A DNA stretch of 64,000 nt from the human T2T-CHM13v2.0 reference genome, Homo sapiens, in assembly GCF_009914755.1 (NCBI RefSeq), contig NC_060937.1. One strand, written 5' to 3'. The position numbers and the translations under genes were made by a program. The notes below the pieces were generated by a model, which saw only the letters and a list, made by a program, of their open reading frames with translations, was not told where the DNA came from and ran no database searches. The stretch's first letter is position 1; each line of letters starts with the position of its first letter. Positions 54,050 to 64,000 of this stretch are shown here, one piece after another.

Positions 54050-55870
54050 TGGTGAAAACAAAAGTAATCAGATATGAACTACTTTATATGCCTACCAAAA
54101 ATGCATCAACCTATGACCATCCTTATTCATGATCTTCCATTCCTTCTTTTTACAGTGTAAGAACCATCCTAGATATAATTTTAGCTCAATTCCTTCTCTG
54201 CTGCCATACAGCACAGCCTCCTTCAATTATCCCCATTATCAATATTTTAATTCCTCTTTACTGAGTTATTCTCATATGGAATACAACATACGGTAAAATT
54301 TCCTATATGAACAATGTCCTTTCATACTAGATCCCTTCTTTGCCTACCACTATATACCTTTGTACTCCTGTATTTAAAAAAAAAAGTTCATAAAAAAGTT
54401 AACTATAGAAATTATATCCATGTCCTCATTTCACATCCTCTTCTTAATCTTCTATAATCACCCTTCCATTCTATCAAAATCAAAGAACTCTATGTTTCCA
54501 AATTCAAAAGTTAATTCTTGGTTTTTATTCTTAATCTACCATGAGCATTAGAAACAGCTAACTCTTTTCTTTTTAAAAAATCTTTATTCTCCTGGCTTTC
54601 TTCACACCAAATTCACAATTTAAACTGTTATATTTCTTGCACTTTGACCCCAATTTTTGTACTGAGTTTTTTTCTTTTGATCCTTAAATGTTGTATGTGT
54701 CATTCTGGTGCTCCTTCTATTTTCCATCCTAGTATAAATTTGATTTTATCTCATCTAGCCCCACATCTTCCAATACAATCACAATCTATGTCTCTGACAC
54801 AGATCTCTTTGGAACTGCAGATGGATAACAAATATCTTATGCAACTCCCCTACTATGATATAAAGCAGGCTTTTCTGGCTCAATATTATTAACAGAAAAC
54901 CCCTGATTTCTAAATTGCTCATGTCAAAACCATATGTTATTATTTGTGTATAGTTCTCATCCCTACTTCATTTCATCAGGAAATCCTATTACCGCTATGT
55001 CTTAAAAACAAATCTCGAAGTGGTTCAATTTTCTCCATCTCTACAAAACACTTATTCTGCACCAAACTCAACTATAGCCTCAGAAATTGTAATAGCTTTC
55101 TAACTTCTCTCTGCTTCTCCTCTTGGCACCAGCAGTCTGTTCTCCACCTAACCCCCTACAACTCTACATAGCAGCCCCAGCAAATAACCTCAAATTCAAT
55201 CAGACCACTTTGCTTGCTTACTTTAATCCAGTGGCTTTCCATTTTAACTGAATTAAAATTCTGTCGGCTATCCTGATATACTAATTACTACATGAATTAA
55301 CTTTTATCTATCTGACTAAACTCCTCTACAGCTACTCTCGCATTTGTCTGGTAATTCCAAGGAACAGATCTGCTTTCTGTTTCTTGAATCTACGAAGCTT
55401 GTTTTAGCTTCAGGGCCTTTGCTCTAGCTGGCCCCTCTGCCTGGAAGGTGCTCCCAGCCCACTGAGCTCCTTGTCTGGTAATTCCAAGGAACAGATCTGC
55501 TTTCTGTTTCTTGAATCTACCAAGCTTGTTTTAGTTTCAGGGCCTTTGCTCTAGCTGGCCCCTCTGCCTGGAAGGTGCTCCCAGCCCACTGAGCCCCTGA
55601 ACTTTCATCTCCTCTGCTGGGGAGGTCTCCCTGAAACCCAAACTAAAGTAACTAACCGGTCACTTCTCTCTGTTATTAGTTTTTAATTTTCTGTTTAGCA
55701 TGTATTCATGGCTAATTATCTGGTATATTTACTGAGTTTTCCTCTTTCTACCAAAATGTAAACTTGTTAAGTACAGACACTTTGCCTGTCCTGTTCACTG
55801 TTAACTATTCAGTGTCTGAAAAAGTGCCTGACACTTCAATTTGGCTTAAAAATATATGCTGAATGAATGA
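54050..55870 (+). mobile_element. L2a relic with its 3' end
   Basis: cagggcctttgctctagctgg...cctgttcactg...aaagtgcctgacac...gctgaatgaatga. Confidence 0.7.
55344..55597 (+). repeat. 127-bp tandem duplication (124/127 identical)
   Basis: Copies at 55344-55470 and 55471-55597. Confidence 0.95.
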
Positions 55871-55950
55871 ATTACAAGAGTTTATGTGAAGAATTAATTA
55901 CGTATCTAAAATATTCTATAAATTTATTATTCTCACTGTTTTAATTTAGA

Positions 55951-56175
55951 CAGTTTATCAGAAAACGTTTTGTCTCTATTTCCAGATAGTAAATATTTTA
56001 GGCTCTGTGGCCCATATAATTTTTGTTGTAATTGTTCAGTTTCAGCATTGTATTGCAAAAGTTGCCATGGACAATATGTGAATGAATAGACATGGATGTG
56101 TTCCAGTAAAACCTTATTTACAAATGTTGCTGACAGGCCAGATTTAGCCCATGAGCTCTAGTTTGCTGATAACTG
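55951..56175 (+). mobile_element. MER58A DNA transposon
   Basis: ccagatagtaaatattttaggctctgtggccc...gttccagtaaaaccttatttaca...tagtttgctga. Confidence 0.8.
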
Positions 56176-57207
56176 ATCTGGATTTGTAAATCATATGTAA
56201 AATTATGTCAGGTGGGCCGATGATTTAAGTGAGTCTGAGAAAATTCTACTTTTTAATGTTTTCCCAATAATGTTTATTTTCATTTTTAAAATTTTATCTA
56301 TCCTTTAGAGCTACTGCTCCAGTTTTAGATATTCACTTCAATGTTTCTGTGCATTTGATTTTTAAAGTTGGGAAAGATTACACCTTCTTCTCTGAGCATT
56401 TGGGTGTATAGTAGTGAATGGTGATTAATATTTATCGGGCTTTCATTATTTGCAATCAATTTTACTCTTTCTCTTGACAGCTTTTTCTTCCACTCCCCTG
56501 AAAAACAATACAAAAACATTTTCACCCTTCTCATATATCTCACGTCTCTTCCCACTCTCTTGTCAGAAGAGTTTTGTTTTCATCGTAGACAAAAATGGAA
56601 GTCATCAAATGACCATTTCTTAGTCTCCTTGATGCCAATTTAGAATCATTTTTCATCTGTGATTATCCTTCTATCCTGATACAATTAGACAAAAGTGTTC
56701 CTTCAAAGTCTTGTGCATTACCTTTGTTTCACTTCTTTTCCTTCTCACATATTAAAACCTTGTACTGTTGGTTATTCTCTAACTCTCATCCATGTTCAAC
56801 ATTTTCCCCTCTACTGTATCTTTTCATTGACACACATTCTGATTTATCACATCAGTCAATAGATAAATAAAATTAATAAATAACAAATTAATTACACATT
56901 AAAATTAATACTATTAGTAATAAATTAACAAAAACAAGTAAAACAGAAATCATTCATCCATATACAGTCGTCCATCTATTCCACACACAGCTCTACTTTT
57001 CCCTTCCTCTTGCCTTTTATTTAGTATTAACTTTCTCAGAAGAACTTTCCAAAGTCCTAATAAAAGTTTATCTTCTGTAATTAACTTCTGAACATATTGC
57101 AATTTATATATCTCTGTTAAAGTCATCAATGACACCCATGTTGATATATTTAATAAGTGTATTTTAGCTTAAAACCTGTATTTTCCTCAACTTACTTGAC
57201 TCTTTCC

Positions 57208-57583
57208 ATGTTTAGAACATTTTTGCAGGCCCCATTTATCCCAGATGGAAAATTCCAGTCCACTCTAAGTAAAAGCAAAATTACCAGAAGTAACAACTTG
57301 TGCCTTTCTCAAGGAAACTGAAGAGGTGCTTTCGTTTTGCTCAAATCAACAACTGTTCTATTTTGCTGAAAACTTGAATGTCAGGATACTGAAAACCTGG
57401 CAGTTTCTTTTCCCGGAATCACTACCACTTGTCCCAAGCATGGCTTCATCAGCAAAATCCCTATAAATCCCCTATCCAGTTTAATCTCTTTGAAACTGTT
57501 TCTTCAGAGGCTGTTATCCCTGCTGTGCATCAATTTATAAAGGGGAAACTTTATTCTTTCAGATCTCCTTGTTTATTTAAACA
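57208..57583 (+). mobile_element. Possible old solo LTR within L2 relics (56480-58800)
   Basis: TG..CA bounded block with a ctataaa TATA-like motif, interrupting L2-like sequence; family not recognised. Confidence 0.3.
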
Positions 57584-57896
57584 CAGGATTAATTATTTTT
57601 TTATTTCACTTTACTTTTTGTTAGGTTATTTGAATTATTGGACAATACAAGACACTCTTTCATTAAAGCATTTCTTTATGGAATAAACAATATCACACTT
57701 TTCTTGTTTCCACCTTTTGGCTACTGTTTTGGTTTCTACTTTTTGGTTTTATCTTTTTTATATGATTCTTATATTTTGACTTCTTCTAGACTTGCCTTTA
57801 TCATGGCTATATTGTCATTTTAATCATTCTTTCTAAGATGCCTTACTCATTTTCATAATTTCCAGTATAAAATAAATCTCAGTGGTTCTGGTATAA

Positions 57897-58296
<400 letters not shown>

Positions 58297-59621
58297 TAGT
58301 GTGTGCTTTTTTAAACGGATTTTTTTTCTTTTGCCAAAGAAATAACAAAATCTTGACATGTTCAGAATTGAAGACGTAGTTCCCCACAAATTTTTTCTCC
58401 AGTTAACCTATCTTAGTAAATAAACTGCCCCCCGGAGATCTTGGTAGCAAGAAATATGACATCTCCTTCTCTCTCTATCCAGTTGTGTCCTTTCCCTCTG
58501 ACCATTCACTAGACTTTACCTCCACTGCCACTAGTCTAAGCAAAACCATCACATCTACCCTAATGGGGAGAAAGTGCTTTTCTCTGGTTTTGAAGCCTCT
58601 GTATTTGTTTCACACCCATCTTCATAGAGTAGGCCAACCATCTTTTAAAATGCCAACTGAATCCTCTCTTAAAAATACTAACACATCCTCTTGTAAAATC
58701 CCCACAATGTTTCAGTATCTGCCTTATTTATGCTGAATTTCCCACACTGAATGCAGTATTTGGCACATAGCAGGAACTCAACAAGTTGTTAAACTCATCA
58801 TTAAAGTCAATGAGTAACTGACTGAGTGGATTATAGTTCTTGACAATTTAGAGAAAATTTAAATATCTGTATGCTAATGAGGAGATACAGTCAGTGAACC
58901 AAGGGGCAAAGTTACCAGTGATCAGAATGCGTACCCTTTACAAGGAACACTTATATGTTCATTTAGGGGAAAATTCTGTAAGAGTAGAAAACTATATCTA
59001 TGATTTAAAAAAAAAAGATTTTGCAAAAGATGTCATCTGTTACCTGTGTGACTTTGATATTAAATGAAAATATTGAGGATTATAAGACTTACTAAAGACT
59101 TATTTATAGACTTCATTATAAAATATAAAATTATTTCATATATTAAATATATTAATATATTTAGTATTAAACATGAATGCATTAATATAGAGTATAAAAT
59201 ATAAAAGACTTTATACGAAAAAAATTCTAATGGTTCTACAATCTATGTAATTTCAAGATTTATGTATAAGAGGATAGTGCATTATATGCTCATGCCATTA
59301 GGTTCATATTTAAATTTTTGCAAACCCTTAAGTGAAAATAAAGGTAGAGTTTTTCCTTACAAAGCTGACTCAAGTGCATTGTGGCTTCATGCTCAAGCCA
59401 TTTGTTTTCCATTGAATTGACCCCACTTTTCTTTGGCCAAGAAAGGTAATGTCAGACTCATGATTAGCGAGTAGCAGAAGAGTAGTGCCCTGAATTTAAT
59501 GCTGATCAAAACATATTTTCTTTTTTTCAAAACTCTACATTTCTTCAGCAGCTCCTGTTGAAAAGCAAAACTGTCTCTAAGCAGAGAAGGGGCTCAAAGT
59601 CTTTCAATTCAGATCAGACTG

Positions 59622-59628
59622 TATAAAA
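59622..59628 (+). promoter_or_regulatory. Candidate TATA box (TATAAAA)
   Basis: Lies in repeat-free, motif-rich DNA ~100 bp upstream of a GT donor (gct|gtaagt at 59723). Confidence 0.3.
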
Positions 59629-60807
59629 CCTTATCCTGCCACAAGGGAGCGCTTTGCTTTTTTCTGTGGATGACCTTGTCCCACTTTTCCTCTGCATTAC
59701 CCATTAATGAATTCCCTGTGCTGTAAGTGAGATTATGCATTATTTGAATACCAAGTTGTTCTCATGCATAAAACCAGGGTATGGGGAGAAGGCAAAATAG
59801 TTTTTACTGTGAATGCACTGAGCCACTTAAGTGGCTGTCAGGTGTCCCTCAGTTCAACAAAATCTTTTCTCAGTGTCCCCTGTCCCCTGGGAAGTTCAGA
59901 ACATTTCTTTGGAAATGCAAATGTTTTTCTTCCCACTCCTACTGCATTTCTTTGAAGCCCACATACAAGCCATTATTCAAAGAATGAGTAATCCTGAAAA
60001 GTCCCCTGGGAGATCATCATGATGCATACTGAATATAATGTAAGACAGAACACAGAATGAAGTATTTTTTTTTTGGTAAATAGCTTGTGTAGTTAAAAAA
60101 AAAGTTAAAACAAAAAAGTTTTTGCCTCAAATTGTGTGCGTGTTTATTTCAGCAGCAGACTGCCATTTTTTAAAAAGACATTTGAGGCTGCCAGATTAAT
60201 CTTTAACTGTATTTTATAAACATCATAACCCATATCACATTTCAACCTCACATTTTTACCGTCCTGGGCCATTAAGATGTTTTACGAGGTTTCATAAAGT
60301 ATATATAAAATACTTGAAAATGACTGGATGGAGAGTGACTGAGACTGTGTTTGGAGGAAAGAAAAGGATGCTATCAAAACAAATCTAAAACATGCTACAC
60401 AATATATTTTTAAAAAGTGATTCTTGACAATGCAAACTTCAAATGAATTAGAATAAAAGGGGAAATTTACCAGTGTTTAATCATTAACTTGATGAACATA
60501 GATCTTCCTGAATTTAACAGTATGCTTTTTATAGTAAAATATGAGAAAAGTCTTTAGAATATTTTTAAATGATAAAGGTTATACTCCATGGTAGTAATAA
60601 CAACCAATATTAAATTTATTCTTTTATTTAAAATAACTGAAAACATCAAAAACTTCTTTTTTCACGAACAACTCTTTGAGGCTTTTGCTTATGGCCATGT
60701 ACTCCATTCTCAGGTACTTTCTATCCCCCTTTCTTGCTTTTAATTTTAACCATAAAAATGATCTTAATGTGACATACTATTTTTACTTTTTTTTATTTTT
60801 TAATCAG

Positions 60808-60924
60808 AATATCTTCAGGCTTTCAAAAAACAGACAGGTTCTGATTCAGAGAAAGATTACTGTGAGAATTACAAGAATGAGGAGTATACAGATGTTTCGG
60901 GATTTAATGCGGATTCCAAGGCAG
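60808..60924 (+). other. Candidate 117-bp exon (gene unidentified)
   Basis: Branch-like cttaat near 60763, long T tract, taatcAG acceptor, CAG|GTTAAT donor; two of three frames open; purine-rich with 2 CpGs. Confidence 0.45.
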
Positions 60925-61229
60925 GTTAATTTTTGAAAACATAATTAATTAATTTAGAATTAGTTTTTTTAATCTTTTTATGTCAATTGTGTAATATACT
61001 TGTTAGACTTTTGTGGTTCCATCACAATATTTATGATTTTGGGAGACAGCGTTGGCTAATAGAAATGATAATAACCTGAGTGCCAACACCAGAATTGTAA
61101 ACACATGTAGAATATGAACTACTTTTGTTGTTTGGGGCATATCATTTTATTGCCCCATCTCTTGAAACAGAGATTTGGACTTGTTGATCCTTAATATATT
61201 TCTAACTTTTCTTGATTCTTGACTTTTTA

Positions 61230-62390
<1,161 letters not shown>

Positions 62391-63279
62391 TTTATTACCA
62401 GCTAGCAAAGTACAGGTGAGGATTTAGAATAAATCTGAATGACAATTCCTATTGTACTTTCATCATTATGAGACAGGTAAATATGTCATTTCCCTGCTAT
62501 AGTCACTTTAGTTAGTCTTCATTTCCTTGCATTTCCTTGCCTTCCCTTTCATTTCTTTCATTTTGTTTAGCTTTTCCTTTGTGGTATGTGTTACAAATAC
62601 AGATATTGATGATTTTTAAAGTCTGAAATATTGCACCTGCCCTGACATTTCTTCTGATCCCATGGCTCTAATCCTGTGAGCTGGTTGGGAGGTCCAAAGC
62701 CAGAGGCTTCTCTGGGCAACCAATTTAGTCTGATGTTGCAAGAAAAAATAAATCATTAAGCATGTAAATGCCTCTTTCTGGGAGACATTTGTAAACTATA
62801 TGAGTTCTAGACTGAAGTCTTTTCCATGACCCAATAGCAACAGCCATAACCAAGAAGATATATGCAAGTGCTGATGAGTACACATTCTGAAGGTTACTTT
62901 GATATATGTGTTTGCTGAGAATCTTAGTTGATGTATTCTCTAGCTCAGGCCTAATTTTTCTTTTCAAATAAGCAATGATCTAAATTCTCAGGAAATCATA
63001 AGATCTAGTGACTTTGCACAGAGATATTTTGCATAAGATCCAGATTTTACTCATGATTTATGATTTACAATATTAGGCTATTTTGTATGCATTGTGAAAT
63101 TTGTTGCTTGCTGTTATTGGTTAGGGGGAGAGGAGAGACCAGAAGCTTTAAAGGAGAGAGGATCACAAGTTCCCTTCATACCTGTTATGGAGACAAAAAT
63201 TGTTAGCAATGGTGAGATCTAATTCCAACTTGATAACATCATTTGAAGTAGCATGTCAACAGAAGATTTCAATTATTAA

Positions 63280-63510
63280 TTAATAATAGTCAACACTTAC
63301 ATAGGATTTAATATTTTTCAAGGATTCTTATGTGATTTCCATATATGTTAACTCACTTAATCCTTATAATAACTGTAGGAGATAGGCATTATTATTCCAA
63401 TTTTAGACAAGAAGAAATGGAAGCACAGACAAGGTCAAATAACCTGTGCAAGTTACACGGCTATTAAGTTTTAGAACTGTGAATAAAACCCAGCACTCTT
63501 AACCACTATG
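63280..63510 (-). mobile_element. MIR
   Basis: actcacttaatccttataataac...gaaatggaagcacagacaaggtcaaataacctgtgcaagttacac...ctcttaaccact. Confidence 0.7.
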
Positions 63511-63959
63511 ACACCTAGAAACATTAAACAGCAAGCTAGCACAAGTTTGAAGACACCTTTCTTAAAAAAAAAACCTCATAAACATGACATATTTCAGTTG
63601 TAAAAATATAAAATATCATTCTGTAATATGTGCACATAGATATTAGTATGATTTTGTTTTTAACAATTGATTCTTTTCTTTTTATTTATTCAGTTTACAA
63701 ATGTTTACTGAAATGCTTGTTGTAGGATTTTGTAATTCAACAGTGAACAGAAAGACATCAAATCTCACCTTCACTGAGTTTACTTTCTAAAGGCAGAAAT
63801 TTTTGAGACAATATTTTGCTTATTTTTTATCTTTTGCCTAACAGACAAGGAATAAACATCGTTGACCTAACAGTGAGTGTGAAGAGGATCCTAGCCCAAG
63901 AGTGATATGACCATATATGTCTCAGAACGTTTAGGCATAATTTATTTTTTTGGCTATAC

Positions 63960-64000
63960 TGTCAGAGGCCTTTGAGCCACAGCAACTCCATCTTGAATAG
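63960..64000 (+). mobile_element. Start of a MER41-family LTR (runs off the window)
   Basis: tgtcagaggcctttgagccacagcaactccatcttgaatag matches the MER41 5' end. Confidence 0.8.

Noticed and set aside
59144-59163. 20-bp perfect palindrome TAAATATATTAATATATTTA
   Set aside because: A/T-only low-complexity context where such palindromes are expected.
62725-62967. 80-aa minus-strand ORF with a hydrophobic stretch
   Set aside because: TTG start, no splice or homology support.

Overview
AT-rich, transposon-dense primate DNA, human or great ape judging by AluY and L1PA2/3. No known protein-coding exon, RNA gene or CRISPR array could be recognised. The main elements are: (1) a very old ERV-like provirus with two ~70-80%-identical LTRs (1433-1813 and 13504-14083) that splits a MIR and hosts LTR40, a full-length L1PA2/3 (19-bp TSD, ORF1 and ORF2 broken, antisense ORF0 open), MLT1 LTRs, an AluY and L1 pieces; (2) a complete THE1C provirus; (3) near-full-length L1PB and L1MA copies, two twin-primed L1s, several solo LTRs, Alus, and L2, MIR and L3 relics. 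The best non-repeat signal is a motif-dense unique block at 59.3-60.9 kb with a TATA box, a GTAAGT donor and a well-formed 117-bp exon, a candidate 5' end of a + strand gene or lncRNA. The window also carries many template-switch or templated-insertion scars. Repeat subfamily names come from recalled consensus sequences, not a database search. I cannot claim a confirmed novel system; the findings are testable candidates.
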